Assembly (NCBI GenBank): GCA_044224875.1
Contig: JBGAJQ010000036.1
Span: 1-52,970 of the forward strand
DNA: 52,970 nucleotides
Direction of reading: 5' to 3'
Source of the DNA: Gemmatimonadaceae bacterium
GTDB lineage: Bacteria > Gemmatimonadota > Gemmatimonadetes > Gemmatimonadales > Gemmatimonadaceae
This document shows, piece after piece, positions 38,014-48,625 of this stretch. A program made the position numbers and the translations under genes. Each line of letters starts with the position of its first letter. Positions within the stretch are counted from its first letter, which is position 1. The notes under the pieces were generated by a model that was not told where the DNA came from, made no database searches, and saw only the letters and a list, made by a program, of their open reading frames with translations.

Positions 38014-40446
38014 GTGCTCGAACTCACCTTCACGAACCTGCGACACGCCCTGAGAACGCTGCAGCGCGCACCTGGCGTCGCCTTTGTCGCCATCACGTCG
38101 TTGGCGCTTGGCATAGGCGCGAACAGCGCGCTCTTCACCCTCATGAACGGCGCCTTGTTTCGGCCGCTGCCGTATAGGGATGCTGGGCGGCTGGTGGACG
38201 TGTCCGAGGTGAACCCAAGGGACCTGTGCGCCGGATGTGCGGTTGGCACGTCGGCGCCGACCTTTGAGGTGTGGCGCTCCGAGACGTCCGGAGTCTTCAG
38301 CGGTCTTGGAGCGTATCGCGAAGAGGGCGCCATCTTCGGTGACGGCGAGGAGGCCGACCGGCTGTCGATCGCCGCGGTGTCGTCCGGTTTGTTTGAGCTG
38401 TTAGGCGTTGCGCCCAGGCACGGTCGCACATTCGCGACGGAAGAGGACCGTATGGGCGCCCCCGGGGTGGTGGTGATCTCGGATCAGCTGTGGCGGGGGA
38501 GGTTTCGCGCCGACGCCAACATCGTCGGGCGCACCGTGCGGCTGGACGGTGTTCCCGTGACCGTCGTTGGCGTGATGCCGCCGCGATTCCAGTTCCCGGA
38601 ATTTGCGAAGGCGTGGGTGCCCTTAGGCGCGCGACCGGCGTCCGCCGACGTCAGCGACCGAACACTCGGGGTCATCGCCCGGCTCAAGCCCACCACGTCG
38701 ATCGAGCAAGCTCGCCAGGTGCTACAGCGGGTATCGAGTACGCTGGCCCAAGCGCAACCGTCCGCCTACACCAACTGGAGCGCGGCGGTCACGTCCTTGC
38801 GGGACGACCTCAACACCGACACCGGCAGCGCATTTGCCATCTTGTTAGGCGCTGCGACCTTCGTGCTGCTGATTGCCTGTGCCAACCTGGCCAACCTGCT
38901 GCTGGCACGGGCGGCGCGACGTGACCGGGAGTTCGCCGTCCGGCTGGCCCTGGGGGCCTCCCGCGGCCGCTTGGCCGGGTTGTTGCTGACGGAAAGTCTC
39001 CTGCTGGCCGTGGCTGGCGGCGCGGCCGGCCTGTTTGTGGCGAGCTGGTCGCTGGACATCGTGCGCTCGATTCTTCCGGACCAGGTCCCGTTCTGGCTCG
39101 AGTTCAAGATGGATTGGCGTGTTTTGCTGTTCACCCTTGCCGCCAGCCTGGTCACGGGTGTGGTATTCGGGCTGGCTCCGGCGGTGCACGCGTCGCGGGC
39201 CAGCGTCCACGACGCTCTCAAGGAGGGGCAGCGGACATCCTCGGCGAGTTTCCGCCGCGGCGTGCTCCGGCCGGCACTCGTTGTCGGCCAAGTGACCTTG
39301 GCTCTGGTACTGCTCGCCGCCGCGAACCTGTCCCTGAGAAGTCTGGCCAAGGCAAGGCGCACCGATGATCTCGGGTACAATCCTCGTGGCATTCTCCAAG
39401 GGACGGTGGAGCTGCGCTCTCCTCGCTATCGGGACAGCACGCAGGTGGCCGCCTTCGCCACGGCTCTGCTGCCGCGACTGCAGGCGACACCAGGGGTGAA
39501 GCTGGCGGCACTGGACCGGACCGACTTCCTCGGAGCGTTCGTGGGGCAAAGCGGTCGCATGACGCTCGAAGGGTCGGCCGAGGCGGTACCGGACGCCGTC
39601 GTGCCGCGGTTCGCGCACGCCGTCTCTCCCGACTACTTCGCGCTCATGGAAATTCCCGTCCGTCGAGGGCGACGCATTGCCCCGACGGATGTGGCGGGAA
39701 GTCCCGCGGTCGTGGTAGTGAATGAAGCGACTGCCGAGCGTCTGTGGCGCGGAGCGGACCCCATTGGTCGCCGGCTCAAACTCGCGGCACCGGGCAGCGA
39801 TGCGCCGTGGCTCACCGTGGTTGGCGTCGTGGGAGACGTGGTCGGGAGCCCCATCACGCACCAGCCAACCGCGGTGATCTATACAGCGATCGCCCAGTCA
39901 CCCGGGCAGCCATTCCAGACACTTCTCCGAGGCGATGGGAACCCGTTGTCCCTCAAGCAACAGCTGGTTCGGGTTGCTCACGAGATCGACGCCGATATCC
40001 CGGTCCTCGAGGTCTCCACGCTCGAGCAATCGCTGGCGGATTGGACCCGTCCCCTCAGGTTCATGGGGACGTTGCTCGGAGCGCTCGCGGCGATCGCGTT
40101 GTTGCTGGCGACCTCCGGCATCTATGGAGTGCTGTCGTACGTCGTGGCGCAACGGTCGCATGAGATTGGTGTGCGGATGGCCTTGGGGGCGAACGCCCGT
40201 TCCGTCTTGTTCCTCATCGTCGGCCAAGGAATGGCGTTGTCGTTGGTTGGCGTCGCGATTGGGTTGACCGGGTTGTTCGCGTTACGCGGTGTGTTGCGCA
40301 GCGTGCTCTTCGGGCTCAGTCCCCTCGACCCGGTGGCTTTGGGTGCCACCGTCGCCACGCTCGTCATCGTGGCCGGTGTTGCCAGTTATGTGCCGGCACG
40401 TCGGGTCCTGCGCATCGACCCGGTGGGCGCACTCCGGAGCGAGTGA
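38014..40446 (+). CDS. Duplicated MacB/FtsX ABC permease (ADOP type)
   Basis: LALGIGANSALF, LLIACANLANLLLAR, EFAVRLALGA, EIGVRMALGA and PARR..RIDP..ALRSE motifs. Confidence 0.93.
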   Translation: MLELTFTNLRHALRTLQRAPGVAFVAITSLALGIGANSALFTLMNGALFRPLPYRDAGRLVDVSEVNPRDLCAGCAVGTSAPTFEVWRSETSGVFSGLGAYREEGAIFGDGEEADRLSIAAVSSGLFELLGVAPRHGRTFATEEDRMGAPGVVVISDQLWRGRFRADANIVGRTVRLDGVPVTVVGVMPPRFQFPEFAKAWVPLGARPASADVSDRTLGVIARLKPTTSIEQARQVLQRVSSTLAQAQPSAYTNWSAAVTSLRDDLNTDTGSAFAILLGAATFVLLIACANLANLLLARAARRDREFAVRLALGASRGRLAGLLLTESLLLAVAGGAAGLFVASWSLDIVRSILPDQVPFWLEFKMDWRVLLFTLAASLVTGVVFGLAPAVHASRASVHDALKEGQRTSSASFRRGVLRPALVVGQVTLALVLLAAANLSLRSLAKARRTDDLGYNPRGILQGTVELRSPRYRDSTQVAAFATALLPRLQATPGVKLAALDRTDFLGAFVGQSGRMTLEGSAEAVPDAVVPRFAHAVSPDYFALMEIPVRRGRRIAPTDVAGSPAVVVVNEATAERLWRGADPIGRRLKLAAPGSDAPWLTVVGVVGDVVGSPITHQPTAVIYTAIAQSPGQPFQTLLRGDGNPLSLKQQLVRVAHEIDADIPVLEVSTLEQSLADWTRPLRFMGTLLGALAAIALLLATSGIYGVLSYVVAQRSHEIGVRMALGANARSVLFLIVGQGMALSLVGVAIGLTGLFALRGVLRSVLFGLSPLDPVALGATVATLVIVAGVASYVPARRVLRIDPVGALRSE

Positions 40447-40659
40447 CACGGCCGCCGACCGCCTAACGTGAGAGCGCCGCGGCTTGGCGAGGATAGCGGA
40501 GGGCGGAGACAGGGTATTACCAGACGCACGCAGCCGATGCATTTTGTGGTTCGCGGTGCGTGTCGCAGTCGTCCGGGGGGCGTCTGACGCTGCGCTCGCA
40601 CCGGCACCCCCCTCACGGCTCGTCAACTTGGTCCGACTCACCTTTCGCGCGGTCCCTGT

Positions 40660-42834
40660 ATGAAACGTCTGGTTCTCCTCCTCGTCGCCGCTGGTGCTTG
40701 TGCCAAATCGCCCGCCGGGACCGCACGTGCCGACCTCGCACGCTGGGAGCAACACGCACAGCGCGTCACGATCACGCGCGATGACTGGGGGATCGCCCAT
40801 GTGCAGGGCAAGTCGGACGCTGACGCCGTCTTCGGGATGATCTACGCTCAAGCAGAGGATGACTTCAATCGGGTGGAGACGAACTACCTGAATTCGCAGG
40901 GGCGTCTGGCGGAAGCGGAAGGCGAGAGCGCGATCTACCGGGACCTGCGCATGAAGCTGTTCATCGATCCGGACAGCATGAAGGCGCATTTCACGGCCAG
41001 CCCCGCATGGCTGCAGACCCTGATGGTCGCGTGGGCGGATGGTCTGAACTACTACCTATCGAAGCATCCGGAGGTGAAGCCCCGCGTCATCGCGCACTTC
41101 GAGCCCTGGATGGCACTCACGTTCAGCGAAGGAAGCATCGGCGGCGACATCGAAGACGTCTCGCTGAAGGCGCTCGAAGCGTTCTATGGACGCGCGGCCG
41201 ATCAGCCAGTCGCTGAGGCGCTACCGCCGCGTCCAGCGGAGCCGACCGGATCCAACGGTATTGCCATCGCACCGTCCAACACGAGCAACCACCGGGCCCT
41301 GCTGCTCATCAATCCGCACACCTCGTTCTTCTTTCGCTCAGAGTTGCAGATGACGAGCGACGAGGGCTTGAATGCCTATGGCGCCGTGACGTGGGGCCAG
41401 TTCTTCGTATACCAGGGCTTCAACACGCGTGTCGGTTGGATGCACACCTCCAGCGGCGCCGATGTGGTGGACGAATTTGCCGAGCGCATTGTGAAACAGG
41501 GCGACAGCGTGCTGTACGCCTATGGGAAGGAACTGCACCCGATCGTCAGCAAGAAGATCTCGGTCCCATATAAGACGGCGAGCGGAACAGCCAGCAAGGA
41601 GTTCACCGCGTACTTCACGCGACATGGCCCCGTGGTGCGCGAGGCCGACGGCCGCTGGATCAGCGTGTCCCTCATGCACGACCCGGTGAAGGCCCTCACC
41701 CAGTCGTTTACACGGACCAAGGCCGGCAGCTACAAGGATTTCCGCGAGTCGATGGAGCTGCACACCAACTCGTCCAACAACACCATCTTCGCCTCGGCCG
41801 ACGGGGACATTGCGTACTTCCATGCCAACTACGTGCCGAAGCGCGACCCGGCGCTGGACTGGTCCAAGCCTGTAGACGGCAGCGATCCACGAACGGACTG
41901 GGGTCCGGTGTATGGCGTGGAAGAGAGCCCGCACTTGCTGAACCCGCCTAACGGCTGGCTCTACAACTCCAACAATTGGCCGTACTCGGCTGCCGGGCCA
42001 AATAGCCCCAAACAGCGGGACTATCCGAAGTACATGGACGTGGCCATCGAGAATCCGCGGGGCGTTCACGCCATCCGCGTCCTGTCTGGGCGAAAGGACT
42101 TCTCGATCCCCGCGCTCATCGAGGCGGCATACGATTCCTATCTGCCTGCCTTCGCCGACCTCATTCCGACGCTGATCAAGGCGTACGACCAGATGCCAAG
42201 CGCGAATCCGCTCAAGAAGCAGTTGGCGGATCCGATCGCCGAGTTGCGCGCGTGGGATTACCGGTGGGGTGTATCGTCGGTGGCCACGTCCGTCGCCGTG
42301 TTCTGGGGCGACGAACTCTGGCGTCGGGTTCGCGCCGAGGCCGAGAGCGAGGACATGTCCGTCTACGACTACATGGGCAGACGTACAAGCGCCGAAGTGA
42401 AACTCCAGTCGCTCGCTGCGGCCATGGACACCCTGACGGCCGACTTCGGCCAATGGAAAACGCCGTGGGGAGACATCAATCGCTTCCAGCGGCTCACCGA
42501 CGACATTGTGCATCCCTTCGATGACAAGCGCCCGAGTCTCCCCGTCGGCTTCACCTCGTCGCGGTGGGGTTCCCTCGCGTCGTTCGGTGCCGCGCCGTCG
42601 ACAGGAACGAAGAAGATTTACGGCAGCTACGGGAACTCGTTCGTGGCGGTCGTGGAGTTTGGCGACAGCGTCCACGCGCGCGCGGTGACGGCTGGAGGCG
42701 AAAGCGGCGACACGGCATCCAAGCACTTCAACGACCAGGCGGAACGCTACAGCAAGGGTGACCTGCGCGAGGTGTACTTCTATCCATCACAACTCAAGGG
42801 GCACACTGAACGCGTGTATCATCCCGGGTCGTAA
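40660..42834 (+). CDS. S45 penicillin/acyl-homoserine-lactone acylase family Ntn-hydrolase, lipoprotein
   Basis: RDDWGIAHV, YAQAED, G/SNG beta-subunit nucleophile, NPH and HFNDQA motifs; AGAC lipobox. Confidence 0.92.
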   Translation: MKRLVLLLVAAGACAKSPAGTARADLARWEQHAQRVTITRDDWGIAHVQGKSDADAVFGMIYAQAEDDFNRVETNYLNSQGRLAEAEGESAIYRDLRMKLFIDPDSMKAHFTASPAWLQTLMVAWADGLNYYLSKHPEVKPRVIAHFEPWMALTFSEGSIGGDIEDVSLKALEAFYGRAADQPVAEALPPRPAEPTGSNGIAIAPSNTSNHRALLLINPHTSFFFRSELQMTSDEGLNAYGAVTWGQFFVYQGFNTRVGWMHTSSGADVVDEFAERIVKQGDSVLYAYGKELHPIVSKKISVPYKTASGTASKEFTAYFTRHGPVVREADGRWISVSLMHDPVKALTQSFTRTKAGSYKDFRESMELHTNSSNNTIFASADGDIAYFHANYVPKRDPALDWSKPVDGSDPRTDWGPVYGVEESPHLLNPPNGWLYNSNNWPYSAAGPNSPKQRDYPKYMDVAIENPRGVHAIRVLSGRKDFSIPALIEAAYDSYLPAFADLIPTLIKAYDQMPSANPLKKQLADPIAELRAWDYRWGVSSVATSVAVFWGDELWRRVRAEAESEDMSVYDYMGRRTSAEVKLQSLAAAMDTLTADFGQWKTPWGDINRFQRLTDDIVHPFDDKRPSLPVGFTSSRWGSLASFGAAPSTGTKKIYGSYGNSFVAVVEFGDSVHARAVTAGGESGDTASKHFNDQAERYSKGDLREVYFYPSQLKGHTERVYHPGS

Positions 42835-42926
42835 GCGAGCCGGTATCGGAGGCGTACCCTCCCACGGCCGTTTCAGCTGACGAGGCGCCCAGGTGTCCTG
42901 CTTTGGACATGCCAAAGGCGCCGGCG

Positions 42927-43712
42927 CTACGTGAGCGTACCCTCCATGATCGCGGCGCTGATTCGGGCCGTGAGTGCGGCGTAATCCCTTGGGCCAAGAC
43001 TGCGCTCATCGATCATGTCGTGGTGCAGCCCGGAGGGCGCAGGTTGTCCCTGGCGGATGGCAAGCACCTGCCATGGCGGCACGAGTTGGTGCTCCATGAC
43101 CCAGCGCAGAACGCGTCCATAGCTCACGAGTTCATCCCGAGGGTCGAGCACTAGCAGTGTTGGTACGCGTAGGGCGTCGGTGTTTTGGCAGGACTGGAGT
43201 TGTTGCTGCACGGCGAACAGGGCCTCGTAGGCCCCCACCGTGGTGCCATTCTGCGCGCGAATGGCCTTCGGGGTAAAGGACGGTAGTCTGAAGTGTCGCC
43301 CGAACGCACGAAAGAGTCGTACGCACCGCACCGTGGGTCGGACGTGAATGGGCGGTGCAAGGAGCACCTGGCGCGCAAAGGCGCTCGGCGTACCACTCGC
43401 TGCCAGCGCAGCGAGGTGAACAATGCAGCCGAGGCTGAAGCCGAGAAAGGTCAGGGGCACATCCTTGGCGCGGGCCTGCGCCGCGCGCACGCCTTCGCTC
43501 CAATCGCCAAACCAAGCCTCGGCAGAGACAGACGCCCACGCCTCGGTACCCCGGTCGCTCAGGGCGTGGCCGCGAAAGGACAGGGAGACGATCGTTGCGC
43601 CTGCTGCACGCAGGGGTTCGTACAAGTCCCGCATCGCCTGCGCCCGCACGTTCAGCCCGTGTGCCACCAGCACGACCGCTCGGCGCGGGCCGTCAGGTTC
43701 AACGATGTCCAT
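42927..43712 (-). CDS. Alpha/beta hydrolase
   Basis: AHGLN oxyanion region, GFSLG nucleophile elbow, RDELV and LHH motifs. Confidence 0.82.
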   Translation of the reverse strand: MDIVEPDGPRRAVVLVAHGLNVRAQAMRDLYEPLRAAGATIVSLSFRGHALSDRGTEAWASVSAEAWFGDWSEGVRAAQARAKDVPLTFLGFSLGCIVHLAALAASGTPSAFARQVLLAPPIHVRPTVRCVRLFRAFGRHFRLPSFTPKAIRAQNGTTVGAYEALFAVQQQLQSCQNTDALRVPTLLVLDPRDELVSYGRVLRWVMEHQLVPPWQVLAIRQGQPAPSGLHHDMIDERSLGPRDYAALTARISAAIMEGTLT

Positions 43713-43740
43713 GACAGCTCAGTGGGCAGGCGCGCGCACG

Positions 43741-44994
43741 TCAGGCCGCCGCCAGATCCTTGATGGCTTTCACGAACGTATCCAGTTCGGCTGGCGTTGT
43801 GAACAGGTGGGGCGTCACACGAACGCCGCGCACGTTTGGTGCGTCGATTGCCACGGTCCACACGCGGTAGGTGTCCAGCAGACGCCGGGCGAGTTCGCCC
43901 GGTTCGATGCCCTCGACGCCCACGTTGGCAATGGCGCCGGTGCGCTTGGGGTCCGTTGGGGTGTTGACGACCACGCGAGGCACGTCGCGGACTTGCCGTG
44001 TCCAGTAGAGCTGCAGGTAGCGCAGCCGGGCTTCCTTCCGTTCGCCGCCGATGCTCTCGTGGAAGTCGATCGCGTTCTCGATGGCCAGATCCGTGTGCAC
44101 CGGATGGGTGCCCGTATGATTGAGCTTTCGTATATCGGTTGCCGCAGGCCCCTCGTCGCCGAACATCGGCCAGAGCCGTGACAACTTGTCCCGCTTCACA
44201 TACAGGATCCCGGCGCCTAACGGCGTTCCCAGCCACTTGTGCAACGAGGCGCCGTAGTAATCGGCGTGCAGGTCGGGAATCGCAAAGTGCAGGTGTCCAA
44301 ACGTGTGCGCACCATCCACGAGCACGTCCACCCCGTGTTGATGCGCCATGTCGGCAATGGCGCGAACCGGGAGCACTTGTCCGGAGATGTTCACCATGTG
44401 CGAGACCAGCAACAGACGCGTCCGCGGGGTGATGGCGTTCGCATACAGTTCCACGAGTTCGTCGTCCGAACGCGGGTGGCTGGGAAGCGAGACCAGCCGA
44501 TTGACCATCCCGAACCGTCGAGCCTGCAGCTTGAACTGGTCGAGCATCGCGCCGTAGTCCTGCAGCGCCTGGATCGCCTCGTCGCCGGGCTTCCAGTCGT
44601 AGCCAGAGATGACGGTGTCGAGGGCCTCCGTCGTGTTGCGGGTGATGACCAGCTCGTCTGGCGAGACGCCGCCCATGGTGGCGAGCCGCTGTCGCACCCG
44701 GAGCTTGTCATCCGCTTGCCGGGTGCGCATGTAGTGCGAGGCCTGCAGGTTGATGGCCCGCACGTGATCGATGAAGGCGTCCAGCACGACCTCGGGCTGC
44801 AGGCAGTAGAACCCGTTCTCGAGGTTGATGTACTCGTTCGTCAGCTTGAACTTTCCCCGGATCGTGGCCCAGAAGGCCTCGTCCTCCGCGAGTGTCGCCG
44901 CGTTGAGCGACCCGTAGTGCGACAACAACTCGGGCCCGAACATCGCACTGAGAGAGACTCCGCCAACGGTGCGGAGGAAGTCGCGCTTGTTCAT
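43741..44994 (-). CDS. Class V PLP-dependent enzyme (isopenicillin-N-epimerase/cystine-lyase-like), Tat-type signal
   Basis: KRDFL signal; RNTTE, DGAH and SLHKW (PLP Lys) motifs. Confidence 0.9.
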   Translation of the reverse strand: MNKRDFLRTVGGVSLSAMFGPELLSHYGSLNAATLAEDEAFWATIRGKFKLTNEYINLENGFYCLQPEVVLDAFIDHVRAINLQASHYMRTRQADDKLRVRQRLATMGGVSPDELVITRNTTEALDTVISGYDWKPGDEAIQALQDYGAMLDQFKLQARRFGMVNRLVSLPSHPRSDDELVELYANAITPRTRLLLVSHMVNISGQVLPVRAIADMAHQHGVDVLVDGAHTFGHLHFAIPDLHADYYGASLHKWLGTPLGAGILYVKRDKLSRLWPMFGDEGPAATDIRKLNHTGTHPVHTDLAIENAIDFHESIGGERKEARLRYLQLYWTRQVRDVPRVVVNTPTDPKRTGAIANVGVEGIEPGELARRLLDTYRVWTVAIDAPNVRGVRVTPHLFTTPAELDTFVKAIKDLAAA

Positions 44995-45076
44995 GTTACC
45001 CTGCCGTGTAGGTGCCTCAATTCCCGTCCGGACCGGCGGTTTCTTCCCGGCCTTGGTCGCGAGCGGCCCAACAGGT

Positions 45077-45751
45077 TCAACTGGCGAGAATGTACTGGCA
45101 TCCGGCTTCCTGCGCCCGAAGGGCCGCAAAAATCCCATTGGGTTGCAGGATGACACCGGAGAGCAAGTGCGCGCGCGCCTGCGCTTCTGCCGCCTCGTGC
45201 TCGAGCTTCCCCTTCTCCTGGTACTGCTGGACGACGAAGTTGAACGCCCAGCTACATCCCAGCACGATGCCACCGTCGGCAAGGAACCGTTCGAGCTTGT
45301 ACTTGGTTTTCTTGGGATCGTCACCGACAGATCGGGCGCTGATGGGATTCACCTCGCTCCACTTGCCGTTCTCATTCTTGATCTTGAGCGACTTGCCCAC
45401 CTTGAAGCGCTTCCAGTGCTCATCGTCCATCACCAGGTCGATTGCGGTGTGCCGGAAGACAACGACCGCCGACATGTCCTTGCGCTCGACGCCGTAGACT
45501 TCCTTGTAGTGATCGCACCATGCGACCGCCCGAAAGAGCGCAGCGCCCTCTGAAGCCTCTGGAGAGTCGAAGACGGCGCGGTGCTGTCCGGTCACGCGTT
45601 CGGCCCAGGACACATCCCACTTGCTATCGACGGGCTGCGGATGCTCCAGCCCCGTGGCCGCGCGGGCGAGCGATGGCAGGGCAGGAAGGCTCGCCGCGCC
45701 AACCGTGGCGCCGCCCACGTACCCAAGGAACTGACGACGATCACCGTTCAT
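45077..45751 (-). CDS. Tat-exported hypothetical protein, possibly DsrE-like fold
   Basis: DRRQFL Tat motif; HRAVFD, VVVFRH, VLGC and PNGI.A..RAQEAGCQY motifs. Confidence 0.75.
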   Translation of the reverse strand: MNGDRRQFLGYVGGATVGAASLPALPSLARAATGLEHPQPVDSKWDVSWAERVTGQHRAVFDSPEASEGAALFRAVAWCDHYKEVYGVERKDMSAVVVFRHTAIDLVMDDEHWKRFKVGKSLKIKNENGKWSEVNPISARSVGDDPKKTKYKLERFLADGGIVLGCSWAFNFVVQQYQEKGKLEHEAAEAQARAHLLSGVILQPNGIFAALRAQEAGCQYILAS

Positions 45752-45799
45752 ACCTAGCGCTCCGGTCAGGGTGTTCGGTCCGATTCGCGCGAATGGCGG

Positions 45800-47026
45800 T
45801 CAAGGGACCGTCGTGCCGCGCAGCAGGTTCAACGCCCGCTCGTTGACGGCGCCAAAGGGCGATGGCTTGTCCGGCACGTCGCTGTCGGTATTCAACGCGG
45901 CGATGATCGCCGTCGACGTGCCAGGGTTCAGCCACAGGAAGGAAAGGAACCCCGCCTGACTACCGGTGTGCCCGATGATCGTGGTTGAGCCGTCCTTCGT
46001 GACAAAGAAGCCAAGTCCGACGCCGCTCGTCATGGTGCCGCGTGAGCCCGTGCTCACGACGGGTTGCCACATCTCCTCGAGCGTGCGACGAGTCAGGACG
46101 ACATCGTAGCGTCGTTGCCGCGCGCTGTCCCCCTGCCACGCATTCGACAGGAATGCGACGTAGGTCGCGAGGTCCGCCAACGGCGCGTTCCAGCCACCAT
46201 TGGGGATGGTGATCCCCGGGTCAAAGTCGCGACCGTTCTCCCGCACGCGCTCCGCCGACGTCGCCGAGTCCCGCATGATCGTGTAGTTGTTTGACCTGTC
46301 GGCACTCAGGTAGTACGGCGTGGCCCCGAAGTAGCTTCGGTCCAGGACGAGGGGGGCAAAGATATTCTTCTCGATGTATGCTTCCCACGGATCGCCAGTC
46401 AGTTGTTCGATCACTCGCGCCAGGTAGATGTAGCCAGGGTTGGAGTACCCGAAACGGCTCCCGGGCTTGAAGAGCAATTCCTGGTACGGCATCATCGCCA
46501 CCAGCTGACTCCATGTCGTTGGCTCAAACGGCTCCCAGGCCTTGCCGCTCGTGTACGGCCATGTGGGATTCTGGAACCCCGCCGAGTGCGAAAGCAGCAT
46601 GCGGAGCGTGATACTGTCGATCATCCCGTACGGATCGTGCACCTGACGGAGTTCGGGGACATATCGCGTGATCTTGTCATCCAGCGTCAACTTTCCGCGA
46701 TCGCGCAGTTGCAGGATGGCGATGGCCGTGAGCGTCTTGGTGATGGAGCCGTAATGGAAAATCGTGCGGTCGGTGACAGCCTCGTTGCGTCCGCGATCGG
46801 CCAGGCCAAAATCGTGGCGCGCGACAATGCGACCATCTCGAACCATGATGGCACCGGCGCCGACCACCTGACCGGCGGCAAGCGACGAATCCATCGAGCG
46901 CGTAAAATCCGACCAACCGGGCGGCGTGCTCTCTGGGGCCACTACTGCCCGCTTACCGCGTTGCGCGCTCAGGGCAGTGGTGCAGGCGAGGATCAGGGTC
47001 GCGGCGGTTAGCGCGAGACGACGCAT
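45800..47026 (-). CDS. Serine hydrolase, beta-lactamase class C / PBP-like
   Basis: SITK (SxxK), LLSHSAG, YSN and GHTG motifs; signal peptide. Confidence 0.9.
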   Translation of the reverse strand: MRRLALTAATLILACTTALSAQRGKRAVVAPESTPPGWSDFTRSMDSSLAAGQVVGAGAIMVRDGRIVARHDFGLADRGRNEAVTDRTIFHYGSITKTLTAIAILQLRDRGKLTLDDKITRYVPELRQVHDPYGMIDSITLRMLLSHSAGFQNPTWPYTSGKAWEPFEPTTWSQLVAMMPYQELLFKPGSRFGYSNPGYIYLARVIEQLTGDPWEAYIEKNIFAPLVLDRSYFGATPYYLSADRSNNYTIMRDSATSAERVRENGRDFDPGITIPNGGWNAPLADLATYVAFLSNAWQGDSARQRRYDVVLTRRTLEEMWQPVVSTGSRGTMTSGVGLGFFVTKDGSTTIIGHTGSQAGFLSFLWLNPGTSTAIIAALNTDSDVPDKPSPFGAVNERALNLLRGTTVP

Positions 47027-47245
47027 GGTGGAGTTGGGCTGGAGTACTCGAAAGCTGACACATCGCCGTGAACCCGCAACCGGCAAAGCGAGGCCTTCCT
47101 GGGAGCCAGTGTTCGAGGGCACCCTTGTAGCAGTCGACGATCGCGGCAAGGCGATGTTCTCCACCTGTCGATCAAGCGCTCCGGATAGCATTACGTCCCA
47201 GCGCGCACCGTCCGTGTGCGAGGGTTGGCACCTGAGCCCCTATCC

Positions 47246-48613
47246 CTACCGATTCCGTCGAAAGAGTCGAACGCCCCAACTCTCGAGTGTGAGGGCGGGA
47301 AGTCCCACCGACCCGCCCCCAGCTCCGAGAAGTGGAATCTCCTCGAAGCTGCCACTGACTTCGACAGTTCCTGCAAAGGGGCGGTTGGACAGGTTGATGG
47401 CCACGAGGAACTCCTCACTCGCGTCCCGACGCAGGTACGTGACGACACGATCGGCATCCGAGTTACCGAGCCAGATCGTCTCGCCTTGCCGAAGCGCGGC
47501 GTGCGCGGCACGCAGCGGAATCATGGCGCGGTAGAATCGCGCGAACTCCGGTCGGCGCTCCGTCCCATTCCAGAAGACGGGCAAGCGCTCGAACAGGGCG
47601 GGGGCGCCGGACTCGGTGACGTCGCCGACTTCCTGCCCATTGTAGAGCAGGGGCACGCCGTCCATGGTGAATACCAGCGCCGAGGCGGCGAGGGCGCCAC
47701 GCTCGCCAAAGTACGCGATCGCGCGCTTTTCATCGTGGTCGTCGGAGAAGCGCAGGTGCAACGCCCCCTTCGGGTACGTTCGGCGCTCGTCTTCCCACGC
47801 CGCGCGAATGCCGCGCGTGCTGGCGGTTCCCGTCGCGGCATCAGCAATGGCGTGATACAATGGCCACGAGTAGTCGAAGTCGAACGCCTTGGCGACGAGT
47901 TCGGGTTCGTAGGCTTCCGCCAGCATCAACAAGTCCGGCTTCACGCCTTCCAACGTGGTCCGCACCTGCTCCCAGAAGTCGGTCGGCACGTTGAAGGCGA
48001 CATCGGCGCGAAATCCATCCACGTCATACTCCCGCACCCAGGACGACAACATATCCAGCATGTACTTCCGGACCACCGGATTCTTGTAGTCCAGGGCGGC
48101 TACGTCCGTCCAGTCGTACGGGGAGAGGACCTGACCCTTGGCATCGCGCTGGTGAAACCCCGGCGTCTTGAGCAAGTCGTTGTCCCACGACGTGTGGTTC
48201 AGCACGACATCCAGTATGACCCGCAAGCCTTGACGATGCGCCTCGCTGACCAGCCGCTTGAAGTCGCTCTTGGTGCCGTAGGCTGGGTTCACACCGTAAT
48301 AGTCCCGGACCGCGTAGGGACTGCCGATGCCCCCTTTCTTCTTCACCTCGCCGATCGGGTTGATCGGCATGAGCCAGACCACGGTGACGCCCAGCGCCCG
48401 CAGATCGCCCAACTTGGCGATGACGCCGTTGAAATCCCCGGTGGCGGAAAAGGTGCGTGTGTTCAACTCGTAGACCACGCCGTCACGCGCCCACCCGGGG
48501 GTGGAACGCGCGCTCTCGTGCGACACATCGCGTCGTGGCTGGGCACTGGCTGTCTGAACCGTGCCGAGCATGGCCGTCAGGAACAACAGGGAGGTGAGGC
48601 GTCGAGCAGTCAT
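47246..48613 (-). CDS. Secreted GH13 alpha-amylase-family glycosidase
   Basis: DVVLNH, DGFRADVA (nucleophile), LAE (acid/base) and DHDE motifs; signal peptide. Confidence 0.92.
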   Translation of the reverse strand: MTARRLTSLLFLTAMLGTVQTASAQPRRDVSHESARSTPGWARDGVVYELNTRTFSATGDFNGVIAKLGDLRALGVTVVWLMPINPIGEVKKKGGIGSPYAVRDYYGVNPAYGTKSDFKRLVSEAHRQGLRVILDVVLNHTSWDNDLLKTPGFHQRDAKGQVLSPYDWTDVAALDYKNPVVRKYMLDMLSSWVREYDVDGFRADVAFNVPTDFWEQVRTTLEGVKPDLLMLAEAYEPELVAKAFDFDYSWPLYHAIADAATGTASTRGIRAAWEDERRTYPKGALHLRFSDDHDEKRAIAYFGERGALAASALVFTMDGVPLLYNGQEVGDVTESGAPALFERLPVFWNGTERRPEFARFYRAMIPLRAAHAALRQGETIWLGNSDADRVVTYLRRDASEEFLVAINLSNRPFAGTVEVSGSFEEIPLLGAGGGSVGLPALTLESWGVRLFRRNR

Positions 48614-48625
48614 TGCGGCAAGCTC

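Noticed and set aside
43741..44994. IscS/SufS cysteine desulfurase call
   Set aside because: No catalytic Cys motif in the C-terminal region and no isc/suf context.
40660..47026. Beta-lactam biosynthetic cluster
   Set aside because: No ACV synthetase, isopenicillin N synthase or other NRPS genes; family names alone are misleading.
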